Of a stretch of DNA of 64,000 nucleotides, positions 47,175-60,093 are shown one piece after another (position 1 is the first letter of the stretch; each line of letters starts with the position of its first letter). The DNA comes from Squalus acanthias (taxonomy: Eukaryota). The notes below the pieces were generated by a model that saw nothing but the letters and a program-made list of their open reading frames with translations, ran no database searches and was not told the origin of the DNA. The translations under genes and the position numbers were made by a program. The stretch spans positions 1,736,001-1,800,000 of the forward strand of contig CM059432.1 in assembly GCA_030390025.1 (NCBI GenBank). Direction: 5' to 3'.

Positions 47175-47864
47175 CAGCGCCTTTCACTGCCTCAGGACCT
47201 CCCAACGTGCTTCACAGCCAATGACATACTTTTGGAAGTGTAGTCACTGTTGTAATGTGGGATAACTTTGGACACATGAAGCTCCCACAAACAGCAATGT
47301 GATGATGGCCAGATAATCTGCTTTTGTGATGTTGTTTGAGGGATAAATATTGGCCCCAGTACACTGGGAAGAACTCCACTGCTCTTCTTCGAAATAGTGG
47401 CCATGGGATCTTTTATGTCCACCTGAGAGGGCAGACGGGGCCTCGGTTTAACATCTCATCTGAAAGATGGCACCTCCGACAGTGCAGCACTCCCTCAGTA
47501 CTGCCCCTCCGACATTGCTGCGCGCTCTCAGTACTGCCCCTCCGACAGTGCAGCACTCCCTCAGTACTGCCCCTCCGACAGTGCGGCGCTCCCTCAGTAC
47601 TGTCCCTCCGACAGTGCAGCGCTCCCTCAGTACTGCCCCTCCGACAGTGCGGCGCTCCCTCAGTACTGACCCTCCGACAGTGCAGCACTCCCTCAGTACT
47701 GTCCCTCCGACATTGCTGCGCTCCCTCAGTACTGCCCCTCCGACAGTGCAGCGCTCTCTCAGTACTGCCTCTCCCGAAAGTGCAGCGCTCCCTCAGTACT
47801 GAGCTGGGAGTGTCAGTTTAGACTTTCTGCTCAAGTCTCTGGAGTGGGTCTTGAACCCACAACC
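47175..47864 (-). mobile_element. Deu-domain SINE with a 33-bp minisatellite (about 10 units, about 47474-47800)
   Basis: Same unit and same position within the SINE as the other arrays. Confidence 0.9.
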
Positions 47865-47865
47865 T

Positions 47866-49396
47866 GTAAAGCAATTACAAAGGTATGAAGACAGAGTTGG
47901 CTAAAGTGGACTGGGAAAATAGATTAAATGGTAAGACGGTTGATAAGCAGTGGCAGACATTTAAGGAGATATTTCATAACTCTCAACAAAGATATATTCT
48001 AGTGAGAAAGAAAGACTCTACGAAAAAGGATGAACCATCCGTGGCTAACTAAGGAAGTTAAGGATGGTATCAAATTGAAAGAAAAGGCATACAATGTTGC
48101 AAAGATTAGTGGTAGGCCAGAAGATTGGGAAAATTTTAGAAACCAGCAAAGGATGACTAAAAAAATAATAGAGGGAGAAAATAACTTATGAGAGTAAACT
48201 AGCAAGACATGTAAAAACAGACAGTAAGAGCTTCAAGAAGTATATAACAAGGAAGAGAGTAGCTAAAGTAAACATTGGTCCCTTAGAAGATGAGACTGGG
48301 GAATTAATAATCGGAAACAAGGAAATGGCAGAGACTTTGAACAAATATTTTGTATCTGTCTTCATGGTAGAAGACACTGAAAGCATCCCAATAATAGTAG
48401 ATAATCAGGGGGCTATAGGGAGGGAGGAACTTAAAACAATCACTATCACCAGAGAAAAAGTACTAGGCAAACTAATGGAACTAAAGGTGGACAAGTCCCT
48501 GGACCCGATGGCCTGCATCCTAGGGTTTTAAAAGAGGTGGCTGCAGAGATAGTGGATGCATTGGTGGTGATCTTCCAAAATTCCCTAGATTCTGGAGAGG
48601 TCCCTGCGGATTGGAAAACCACAAATGTAATGCCCTTATTCAAGAAAGGAGGGAGACAGAAAGCAGGAAACTATAGGCCGGCTAGCCTAACATCTGTCAT
48701 TGGGAAAATGCTGGAATCCATTATTAGGGGAGTAGTAGTAGGACATTTAGAAAATCATAAGACAATCTAGCAGTCAACATGGTTTTATGAAAGGGAAATC
48801 GTGTTTGACAAATTTACTAGAGTTCTTTGAGGATGTAACGAGCAGGGTGGATAAAGGGGAACCAGTAGATGTGGTGTATTTGGATTTCCAGAAGGCATTC
48901 GATAAGGTGCCACATAAAAGGTTACTGCACAAGAGCTCACGGTGTTGGGGGTAATATATTAGCATGGATAGAGGATTGGTTAACTAACAGAAAACAGAGA
49001 GTCAGGATAAATGGGTAATTTTCAGGTTGGCAAACTGTAACTGGTGGGGTACTACAGGGATCAGTGCTGGGGCCTCAACTATTTACAATCTATATTAATG
49101 ACTTGGATGAAGGGACCGAGTGTACTGTAGCCAAATTTGCTGACGATACAAAGATAGGTGGGAAAGCAAGTTGTGAGGAGGACACAAAGGGCTGGATTTT
49201 GATACTGGGGCGGGTTGGGGTCGTGTCATCCGCATTTCGTGTTATCCACCCGACTGCAATTGGATGTGGGAGATTGATGCAATTTTCACCTAATTGGGCA
49301 ATTGAGTTCCAGCATGTGGGAACCCATGAACCAATTAGTGGTTTCAGTCTGAAAGTCAAGACCTGGATGCAAAATGAGGAGAGAGAGAGAGAGAGA

Positions 49397-49435
<39 letters not shown>

Positions 49436-50760
49436 ATCCAGCTCCTCTCACAGCAAAGGCCAGGCAGTCTCTGAAGACATTCAATGCAGCAGCATCAGAG
49501 GCGACTTTCAGACCTAATACTACTACTACCTTCATCGCATCTCCGTTGTAATAGTGGACCTGCAGCTGATAGTCAGCTATCCACTTGTGCTCCCGCCAGG
49601 TTTCACTGGAGTGTTTCACATCAGGCGTGCTTCACGTCGGAAAAGGGTTAAACTAGCTAAAACGTTTCAAAATGGCATTACAGAGCCAATTTAGGGCTTG
49701 TTAAGGGCTTTAATGGCCTCTCCCGCCTCTTGGAGGCGGGAAGGAGTCGGGAACACCGCACACGATTTTATCAAAATTGCGTGGCGGCGGGATCAGGTCC
49801 GCCCGCCACTTTTCGCAATTTTTACCCCCCACACGCCTCCAAACCCGTCTCCACGGCCCTATGAAAATCTAGCCCAAAGAGTCTGCAAAGGGATATAGAT
49901 AGGTTAAGGTAGTGGGCAAAAATTTGGCAGCTGGAGTATAATGTGGGAAAATGTAAGGTTATCCACTTTGGTAGGAAGAATAGAAAAGCAAAATATTATT
50001 TAAATGGAGAGAGACAACAGAATGCTGCGGTACAGAGGGATCTGGGTGTCCTCGTACATGAAACACAAAAAGTTAGCATGCAGGTACAGCAAGTAATTAG
50101 GAAGGCAAATGGAATGTTGGCCTTTATTTCAAGGGGGATGGAGTATAAAAGTAGGGAAGTCTTGCTACAACTGTACAGGGCGTTGGTGAGACCACACCTG
50201 GAGTACTGCGTACAGTTTTGATCTCCTTATTTAAGGAGGGATATACTTGCATTGGAGGCAGTTCAGAGAAGGTTCACGAGGTTGATTCCTGGAATGGAAG
50301 GGTTGTCTTATGAGGAAAGGTTGAGCAGGTTGGTCCTATACTCATTGGAGTTTAGAAGAATGAGAGGTGATCTTATTGAAACATATAAGATTCTGAGGGG
50401 GATTGACAGGGTAGATGCTGAGAGGATGTTTCCCCTCGTGGGGGAATCTAGAACTAGGGGGCACAGTCTCAGATAAGGGGTCGCCCATTTAAGACGGAGA
50501 TGAGGAGGAATTTCTTCTCTCGGAGGGTCGTGAATCTTTGGAATTCTCTACCCCAGAGAGCTGTGGAGGCGGAGTCAGTGAATATATTCAAGGCGGAGAT
50601 AGACAGATATTTGAGCTACAGGGGAGTCAAGGGTTATGGGGAACAGGCAGGAAAGTGGAGTTGAGGCCAAGATCAGATCAGTCATGATCTTATTGAATGG
50701 CGGAACAGGCTGAAGGGGCCGAATGGCCGACTCCTGCTCCTATTTCTTAAGTTCTTTTGT
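47866..50760 (+). mobile_element. 5'-truncated CR1 ORF2 plus 3' UTR (related to 1092-5415), interrupted by a MITE
   Basis: ORFs 48325-48531, 48537-48770, 49064 onward, 49943-50221 and 50252-50476. Tail near 50760. Confidence 0.92.
49189..49875. mobile_element. Harbinger-type MITE (687 bp) with an internal (GA)n tract
   Basis: TIRs GGGCTGGATTTT and AAAATCTAGCCC, TSD AAA at 49186-49188 and 49876-49878. Removing it restores EDTKSLQRDID. Confidence 0.92.
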
Positions 50761-51061
50761 AACCTTCAGACTCCGAGCTGAGGGAAGGACCCAGTGGGAA
50801 GGGGGCAGATTTAACTGTCCAGACACCCAGTTCTTGCCAGGTGAGCAGGGTTAAAATTGCCTCTAAAGTTTTTTGTTTAAATCTTCACTAGGAGAGCACG
50901 TGTGTCTATTGTTAAATCTGCATCAGGTGGGACTTCTTTATTTAAATGAATTTAGTACTTGGGGAGAAAAAGATCATTCGTATTTTCTTTTAGCTTTTTA
51001 AAAAATTAGTTGCATTAGTGTGCTTGCTGACCTTCATTGGCTCCCGGTCCAGCAACCCATA

Positions 51062-51799
51062 GGGGTAAAAATTCAGTTGGTTGCGCCTCCTGTTAGCGCC
51101 TTAAGAGGGCGCTAATGGGGCGCAAAGCCGCTAACGCCCGGGCGCAGCGATGTTTGCGCCGCTCCGGAACTTAACTAGACATTGTGCGGCGGCGCTAAAC
51201 TTTACCGCTGCGACCACCTGCGCGCGCAGATTGTGACGTCATTCCATGGTGCAACGCCCTTGTGGCGCCCCGGAGCGGAAATTGAGTGGCGCCCCCTGCC
51301 TTACCGCCTGGCGCATCCAACGACTGGAAGACTGGAACGCTATCAATCGCTGTGGGGCTGGGGGGGGCGCTATTTAAAGGGGGCCTCTTCCTGTCTTTTT
51401 CTGTGGTTGACATTTTTGCACCACTCGTTCTGAGAGAGAGAGAGAGATTCGGAGAGAGAGAGAGACTTCTGCATTGACTCAACGCTTTGTGAGGTAGTTT
51501 TGCCTACTGATCCTAACAGTTGGCCCCCCCCCCGCTTTAAGAACTGGCCGGCGCCAGTGTGTCTGTGTTCCCTCGCTAACTGGCAGCACCTGCGCTGCGC
51601 TCGCCCGCTGAGTTAGCGCCTCACTGCTCGGCCTTTGCGCCTTAAGACAGGTGTGCAGCGCCTGATTTAGCACTCCACTCACCTCCCGGGGCGGTAAAAG
51701 TGAAGTTTCCAGTCAGTGGCAATAATTAGCGCCAGGCGCTAATATTTGCGTCCAGACGATATTTGCGCCCCAAACGGGGCGCGACCTAATTTTTCCCCC
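51062..51799 (-). mobile_element. Harbinger deletion derivative (738 bp, different breakpoints) inserted in an L2 fragment (about 51020-52187, plus)
   Basis: Ends GGGGTAAAAATTCAGT and AATTTTTCCCCC. 51062-51500 mirrors 17510-17956 and 51530-51799 mirrors 13769-14035. The TSD is not clean (ATA/AAC). Confidence 0.88.
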
Positions 51800-52699
51800 A
51801 ACGAGTTTTAAATTCTCACCCTCGTGTTCAAATCCCTCCATGGCCTCGCCCCCCCTCTATCTCTGTAATCTCCTCCAGCCCTACAACCCCCCGAGATCTC
51901 TGCGCTCCTCCAATTCTGGCCTCTTGAGCATCCCCGATTTCCTTCGCTCCACCATTGGCGGCCGTGCCTTCAGCTGCCTGGGACCTGAGCTCTGGAATTC
52001 CCTCCCTAAACCTCTCCGCCTTTATACCTCTCCTCCTTAAAACCTCTTTGACCGAGCTTTTGGTCACCTGTCCTAATATCTCCTTACGTGGCTCGGTGTC
52101 AAACTCTGGTCTGATAATCGCTCCTGTGAAGCGCCCTGGGACGTTTTTACTGTGTTAAAGGCGCTAGATAAATACAAGTTGTTGTTTTATTGCTAAATAA
52201 GACAAGAAACAATCTAGAATTGTTGAAATCTTGTTTATTTCAAGGAGAAACCCAGAGGCTACAAGACTTACTGTACCATGTCAATTTTGAAAACCAAAGT
52301 ACCTAATGTACAATACTATAAGTCTCCCCGGTTGTTTATTTATACCCATAGTGGGCACAGTGGGCATTCGTGACTTCACTTTGAACAATGCAAACCTGCC
52401 GCCCGTGCCTCGCTGATGTACGCACTGCTCCGTTATACCTACAGCGCTTAGAAAAAGAAATTTGAAAACTGCAGCTTGTACGTCCGTATTTTACAGTAGC
52501 ATAAATTGGCACCCATACTGTGTTAGTTACGGGTCATGCACTCCAGGACATCTGACGGGGAGGGGAGGAGAGGTGGCAGGGTCGAAGGTCGGGGTGGGGT
52601 GCGGGGCGGGGCGGGGCGGGGCTGGGGGATGTGTCTTGCTGGTTTCCAAGGTCTCCTTGAACCTTTAAGCAGCTAACCATCGAAAAACAAAAAAAAAAG

Positions 52700-53365
52700 C
52701 ACGTCAATGATACATGGGTTTATTTCTTAATATGAACACAGTAATTCCAGTAAAATCCAGTTTCAAACAGCAGAATAAACACTAATAACAGTTATGGATA
52801 AGCATGATTTAATTTGACTGGAAAGTTGATTGTACAGAATTTTGTTAAAGAAAGTTTGAACACAGGGAGCCGCCGATGATTTCTATAAGGAAAGGCTTGA
52901 TGTTTGCTATACATTACATCTATCACATGTATGGTAATGCTATTGGTATTATGGCAACGCCCACAAATACGGTCCATGTTTGTTGGCGGGGGGGGGGGGG
53001 GGAAGAGGGGAATGAGTCAGCTTTGGACTGGCCAAAGGGATCAGTAACATAACGCATGTGTAACACTTTATATATACTATATATAGTATATATATATACA
53101 CACAGAGAAAATCTGTATGTTGCCTTAAAGGGTCGAACAACATGAAAAAAAATCAATTATTTTGACTGATGCAAGTTGTGTGTGTGTGTTTTTATATTAT
53201 AATACAATGCTTTTTTTTTTCCCTCTCTCCAAAATGTCCGTCTTTGAAAACATTCTCGTGCAAAGAGTGAGAAAGTCGTATACTTTCAGTGATGTCGCCT
53301 TCCCAAAGCAAGCTGTTTGGCACCGTATCGTATCATTAACTGCTGTGTTGCGTCATTGCATGGTT
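52700..53365 (-). other. Probable terminal exon / 3' UTR of an unidentified host gene
   Basis: Strong acceptor TTTCCTTTTTTGTTTTTACAG|AACCATG at 53365, TE-free AT-rich body, AATAAA at 52724-52719, then a U-rich tract at 52698-52683. Confidence 0.55.
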
Positions 53366-53598
53366 CTGTAAAAACAAAAAAGGAAATTACATGTTGAGGT
53401 GAGTCTGTTGAACGACACGTCCGCTCAACTCACACTTATTTTGGCAATAACAATGGTTTGGCGCGTAGCAGCAATCGTACCGCAACTGCTCTTGAGGGGG
53501 AGTGAAGTTGTTACCCACATTTCATTGTTACTGCTGCCAACTGTGGCCCCGATTTTAACTTCAGGTGGATTCACCGCTCAGGCCTGAGTTAAAATTAC

Positions 53599-54070
53599 AG
53601 TCAGCCGTGTCTCACTGGGCAGCACCCTTGCCACTAAGTCAGAAGGTTGTGGGTCCAAGTCCCACTCCAGGGACTTGAGCACAAAAATCTAGGCTGACAC
53701 TCCCAGTGCCAGTGCTGAGGGAGTGCTGCAGTGTCGGAGGTGCCGTCTTTCGGATGAGACGTTAAACTGAGGCCCCGTCTGCTCTCTCAGGTGGACGTAA
53801 AAGATCCCATGGCGCTATTTCAAAGAAGAGCAAGGGGAGTTCTCCCGCGGTGTCCTGGCCAATATTTATCACTCAATCAACATCACTAAAACAGATTATC
53901 TGGTCATTGTCACATTGCTGTTTGTGGGAGCTTGCTGTGCGCAAATTAGCTGCCGCATTTCCTACATTACAACAGTGACTACACTTCAAAAAGTACTTCA
54001 TTGGCTGTGTGTAAAGCGCTTTGGGACGTCCTAAGGTTGTAAAAGGCGCTGTAGAAATATAAGTCTTTCT
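53599..54070 (+). mobile_element. Full-length Deu-domain SINE, apparently inside a short TIR element (about 53544-54287)
   Basis: Complete tRNA head, Deu core and tail. The outer ends GGCCCCGATTTTAAC and GTTAAAATCGCCCC resemble inverted repeats. Confidence 0.85.
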
Positions 54071-54548
54071 TGACAGTCGGGTCTCAATGATGTCACCGGG
54101 CTGCAACATGCATATGTAAAGAAGGACCCCGTTGGCTCCGGGCGGGTGTCCTTGCTGCCTGCTCAGGAGAGCGGGTTAAAAATCGCAGACGTTGCGATCA
54201 TGGCGGCTTCTGCCAGGTAAGAGCCAGAGAGACTTTAACTGCCCACCTGCCAGGTTCCTGCTCAGCGAGTAGGGTTAAAATCGCCCCAGGTATCTGCAGT
54301 GTCTTTCCTTTTTTTTCTCTCCTCCTTAAGTTGAATGGTTTTTGCTGGGGAACGGTTCTAGAGCTGTAAGTTTCACCAGCAGAACAAGTTTCTCTTTATC
54401 TCCCCTATACCTGGCTGGATCATTAACTATCGCTTTATTAAATACTCACCTATGTTTGGGCTGAGTTTATTCAGATGCTCCTCAAGTATCGTGACAGCCG
54501 AATGCCAATACTATATTTCACCTTTTCTTTAAAGCATTTAAACCTCTT

Positions 54549-55439
54549 GGAGGAGAAATTCGGTATCGCCCCGTTTGGGGCGCAATTATCGGCCGGGCGC
54601 AAAGTTTAGCGCCTGCCGCTAATTATCGCCTCCGACTGCAAACTTGACTTTTATCGCCCCTGGAGGTGATTGGAGCGCTAAATCAGGTGCTACACATCTG
54701 TCTTAAGGCGCAAAGGCCGAGGAGCGAGGCGCTACCTCAGAGCGCTGGCAAAGCTCATGTGATGTCAGTCAGCAATGGAACACAGACACACTGGCACCGG
54801 CCAGTTCTTAAAGGGGAGGGTCGATCTTGCTCTCCATCCGCACCCTGCTCATTGCAGCCTTGAATCTCGGCCTGGAGAGACCAGTACATCAAATCTGCTG
54901 GAAAGAACAATGGAGAGGCCCAGGGAAAGAGCTCAGAGTGCAACCCCCACAGTCTCTTCTAAATCGATGCAAGGAAGGTCAAATCAAAATGAACCTGCAA
55001 AGTGCTGCTCAGTACCCAAAACTCCTTCACACAACGTTGAATCTCTCCAGAAGTCTCTCTCTCTCTCAGAATGCGTGGTGCAAAAATGTCGCAGAGAAAA
55101 AAAGGCAGGAAGCGTTCGCCTTTAAATAGCACTCCCCGAGTCCCTTCCTGACTGCAAAACGCTCCCCTCAACCTGTCGTTGCTAGCGGCAGGTGGAAAGG
55201 CAGGGGGCGCCACTCAACATCTGGTCTGGGGCGCTACCGGGGCGTTGCACTCTCGACTGACGTCACGATCTGCCGGCGCAGGAGATCGTGGCTGTAGTGG
55301 TTAGCGCCGCCGCAAAATGTCTGGTCAATTTCGCGAGTGGCACAAACATCGCCGCACCCGGCGCGCCAGTTGCTTTGCGACCTATTAGCGCCTCCTTCGG
55401 GCGCTAACGGGAGGCGCAAAGCAACCAAATTTTTTCCCC
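54549..55439 (+). mobile_element. Harbinger deletion derivative (same family as 17968-18860 and 30252-31140)
   Basis: Ends GGAGGAGAAATTCGGT and AAATTTTTTCCCC, TSD CTT at 54546-54548 and 55440-55442. Confidence 0.9.
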
Positions 55440-56151
55440 CTTTTCTCCAGTGCATATCTGGCCACATATCCAGCTAAATGGGTGACATGCATTCCAATCA
55501 ATCAATGAGTTAATTACTTTACTATGTCAAATATGTCACACGGCTCAAAATATACCCATAAATGGCTAAATTTAACCCAATAGTTAGCAATTCACTTTAA
55601 CCTCTATATTGCCGAGGCTTAATGACAAAGCTGTGAGATTGTTCTCCACCTGTACTCTCAGAAGGAGTTGCGCAGCCAAGGCTTCTTCGACAGCACCTCC
55701 CAAACCTGTGACCTCTACCGCCTAGAAGGACAAGGGCAGCAGGCGCATGGGAACACCACCACCTCCACGTTACCAAGCTCTGGGAGTGTTTTTCTTTCTC
55801 TGTTATTTATTTTCTAGCTAAGTGGAAATGGTTCCTAATGGAAAATCAATTACAGTGGAACAGACAAGAAAGAAAGACTTGCATTTCTCCAGCGCCTTTC
55901 ACGACCACCGGACGTCTCAAAGCGCTTTACAACCAATGAAGTACTTTTTGAAGTGTGGTCACTTTGTAATGGGGGAAACGAGGCAGCCAATTTGCACACA
56001 GCAAGCTCCCACAAACAGCAATGTGATAATGACCAGATAATCTGTTTTTAGTGATGTTACATAGAAACATAGAAGATAGGAGCAGGAGTAGGCCATTCGG
56101 CCCCTCGAGCCTGTTCCGCCATTTAATGAGATCATGGCTGATCATCCAAAT

Positions 56152-59020
56152 TCAGTACCCTGTCCCTGCTTTCTCCCCATATCCCTTGATCCCTTTAGCC
56201 TTAAGAAATATATCTAACTCCTTCTTGAATATATTTAATGAATTGGCCTCAACTGCCTTCTGTGGTCGAGAATTCCACAGGTTCACCACTCTCTGGGTGA
56301 AGAAATTCCTCCTCATCTCAGTCCTAAATGGCTTACCCCTTATCCTTAGATTGTGACCCCTGGTTCTGGACTCCCCCGCCATCGGGAACATCCTTCCTGC
56401 ATCTAATCTGTCTAGTCCTGTTAGAATTTTATAAGTTTCAATGAGATCCTGAGATCCCCTCTCATTCTTCTAAACTCTAGCGAATACAAGCCCAATTTTC
56501 CCAATCTCTCTTCATACGTCATTCCTGCCATCCCAGGTATCAGTCTGGTGAATCTTCGCTGCACTCCCTCCATGGCAAGAACATCCTTCCTCAGATAAGG
56601 CGACCAAAACTGCACACAATACTCAAGGTGTGGTCTCACCAAGGCCCTGTACAACTGCAGCAAGACATCCTTGCTCCTGTACTCGAACCCTCTCGCTATG
56701 AAGGCCAATATACCATTTGCCTTCTTAACCGCCTGCTGCACCTGCATGCTTATCTTCAGCGTCTGGTGCACAAGGACTCCCAGGTCTCATTGCACGTCCC
56801 CTTTTCCCACTCTATTGCCGTTCAGATAATAATCTGCCTTCCTGTTTTTGCCACCAAAGTGGATAACCTCGCATTTATCCATATTATACTGCATCTGCCA
56901 TGCATCTGCCCAATCACCCAACTTGTCCAAATCATACTGGAGTTTCTCTGCATCCTCCTCACAACACACATGCCCACCCAGCTTTGTGTCGTCTACAAAC
57001 TTGGAGATATTACATCTAGTTCCCTCGTCTAGATCATTAATATATATTGTGAATAACTGGGGTCCTAGCACCGATCCCTGCGGTACCCCACTAGTCAGTG
57101 CCTGCCACTCGGAAAAAGACCCGTTTATTCCAACTCTTTGCTTTCTGTCTGCCAACCAGTTCTCTATCCAAGTCAGTACCTTACCCCCAATCCCATGTGT
57201 TTTAACTTTGCACACTAATCTCTTATGCGGGACCTTATCGAAAGCCTTCTGAAATTCCAAATACACCACATCCACTGGTTCTCCCTCATCTATTCTAACA
57301 GTTACATCCTCAAAAAATTCCAGTAGATTAGTCAAACATGATTTACCTTTTGTAAATCCATGTTGACTTTGTCCGATCCTGTCACTGTTTTCCAAGTGCT
57401 CTGCTATTACATCTTTTATAATGGACTCTAGCATTTTCCCCACTACCGATGTCAGGCTTACCGGTCTATAATTCCCCGTTTTCTCTCTCCCACCTTTTTT
57501 AAATAGTGGGGTAACATTAGCTACCCTTCAATCCATGGGAACTGTTCCAGAGTCTATAGAATTTTGGGAGATGACCAGCAATGCATCTACTATTTCTAGG
57601 GCCACTTCCTTAAGTACCCTAGGATGTAGATTATCAGGCCCTGGGGATTTATCGGCCTTCAATCCCGTCAATTTCCGTAACACCATTTCCCTACAAATAC
57701 TGATTTCATTCAGTTCTTCCCTCTCATTGGACCCTATGTTCCCCGACATCTCTGGGAGGTTATTTGTGTCCTCCTTTGTGACGACAGAACCAAAGTATGC
57801 ATTTAATTGGTCTGTCATTTCTTTGTTCCCCATTATAAATTCCCCTGATTCTGACTGCAAGGGACCTACGCTTGACTTCACCAATCTTTTTCTCTTCACA
57901 TATCTATAGAAGCTTTTACAGTCAGTTTTTATGTTCCTCGCAAGCTTACTCTCATATTCTATTTCCCCCCTCTTAATTAATCCCTTTGTCCTCCTTTGCT
58001 GAATCCTAAACTGCTACCAATCCTCAGGTTTGCTGCTTTTTCTGGCCAATTTATATGTCCTCTCCTTGGATCTTATGCTATCCCTAATTTCCCTCGTTAG
58101 CCACGGTTGAGTCACCTTTTTTGTTTTATTTTTATGCCAAACAGGGATGAACAAATTCTGTAGTTCATCCATGCGATCTTTAAATGTTTGCCATTGCCTA
58201 TCCACCGTCAACCCTTTAAGTAACGTTCCCCAATCCATCCTAGCCAATTCGCGCCTCATACCATCGTAGTTTCCTTTATTTAAATTCAGGACCCTAGTCT
58301 CTGAGTCAACTACTTTACTCTCCATCTTAATGAAGAATTCTATCATATTATGATCACTCCTCCCCAAGGGGCCTCGCACAACAAGATTGCTAATTAATCC
58401 TGTCTCATTACATAATACCCAGTCTAAGATGGCCTGATCTCTAGTTGGTTCCTCGACATATTGGTCCAGGAAACCATCCCGTATACACTCTAGGAATTCC
58501 TCCTCCACAGTATTGTTACTAATTTGGTTAACCCAATCTATATTTGATTAAAGTCACCCATGATAACTGCTGTGCCCTTATTGCACGCGTCTCTAATTTC
58601 CCGTTTAATGCCATCCCCAACCTCAGCATTACTGTTTGGGGGTCTGTATACAACTCCCACTAACGTTTTCTGCCCCTTGGTATTTCTCAGCTCTACCCAT
58701 ACAGATTCCACATCATCAGAGCTAATATCCTTCCTTACTATTGTGTTAATGTCCTCTTTAACCAGCAATGGTACCCTATCTCCTTTTCCTTTTTGCCTGT
58801 CCCTCCTGAATATTGAATACCCCTGGATGTTGAATTCCCAGCCTTGGTCACCTTGGAGCCATGTCTCCGTAATCCCAATTATATCATATCCGTTTACATC
58901 TATTTGCGCAGCTAATTCATCCACCTTATTACGAATGCTCCTCGCATTAAGACACAAAGCCTTCAGGCTTGTTTTTTTAACACTCTTAGACCTTTTAGAA
59001 TTATTATTTACTGTGGCCAT
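56152..59020 (-). pseudogene. CR1 ORF2p (APE plus RT), disrupted
   Basis: ORFs 58538-59020, 58014-58508, 57528-57899, 56787-57443, 56421-56771 and 56152-56391. Confidence 0.92.
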
Positions 59021-59142
59021 GTTTGATTTACACCCTTGATTTCTCTGACTGCCACTTTTGCTTTTCTCCTTCCTGTCTTTTGCTTCTATCCTTGCTTCCC
59101 TTTCCTCTGTCTCCCTGCACAGGTTCCCAACCCCCTGCCATT

Positions 59143-60093
59143 TTAGTTTAAACCCTCCCCAACAGCACTAGCAAACACTCCCCCAAGGACATCAGTCCTG
59201 GTCCTGCCCAGGTGCAAACCGTCCAGTTTGTACTGGTCCCACCTCCCCCAGAACCGGTTCCAATGTCCCAGGAATTTGAATCCCTCCACCTTGCACCATT
59301 CCTCTAGCCACGTATTCATCTGAAATATCCTTCTATTTCTACTCTGACTAGCACGTGGCACCAGTAGCAATCCTGAGATTACTACCTTTGAGGTCCTATT
59401 TTTTAATTTACCTCCTAACTCCCTATATTCAGCTTTTAGGACCTCATCCCGGTTTTTACCTATATCGTTGGTACCTATATGCACCACGACAACTGGCTGT
59501 TCACCCTCCCTCTCCAGAATTCCCTGCAGCCGCTCTGAGACATCCTTGACCCTTGCACCAGGGAGGCAACATACCATCCTGGAGTCTCGTTTGCGGCCGC
59601 AGAAACGCCTATCTATTCCCCTTACAATAGAATCCCCTATCACTATAGCTCTCCGACTCGTTTTCCTCCCGTCCTGTGCAGCAGAACCACCCATGGTGCC
59701 AGGAAGTTGGCTGCTGCTGCCTTCCCCCGATAAGCCATCTCCCTCAACAATATCCAAAGCGGTATATCAGTTTGAGAGGGGGATGGCCAAAGGGGACCCC
59801 TGAACTACCTGCTTGCACCTACTACTCTGCCTGTCGGTCACCCATTCCCTTCCTGCCTGTGCAGACTTTACCTGCAGTGTGACCAACTGATTAAACGTGC
59901 TATCCACGACGTCCTCAGCATCGCGAATGCTCCAGTATGTATCCATTCGCAGCTCCAGCGCCACAATGCGGTCTGCCAGTAGCTGCAGCTGGATACACTT
60001 CCCGCACACATGGTCGTCAGGGACACAGGAAGTATCCCTGATTTCCCACATAGTGCAGGAGGAGCATGCCACGGGGCCGAGCTGTGCTGCCAT
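59143..60093 (-). pseudogene. CR1 ORF1p (zinc finger plus SGNH esterase), frameshifted
   Basis: ORFs 59767-60093 and 59143-59757, with GDS, GTND and DGLH motifs. Ends in EGLN*. Confidence 0.87.
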
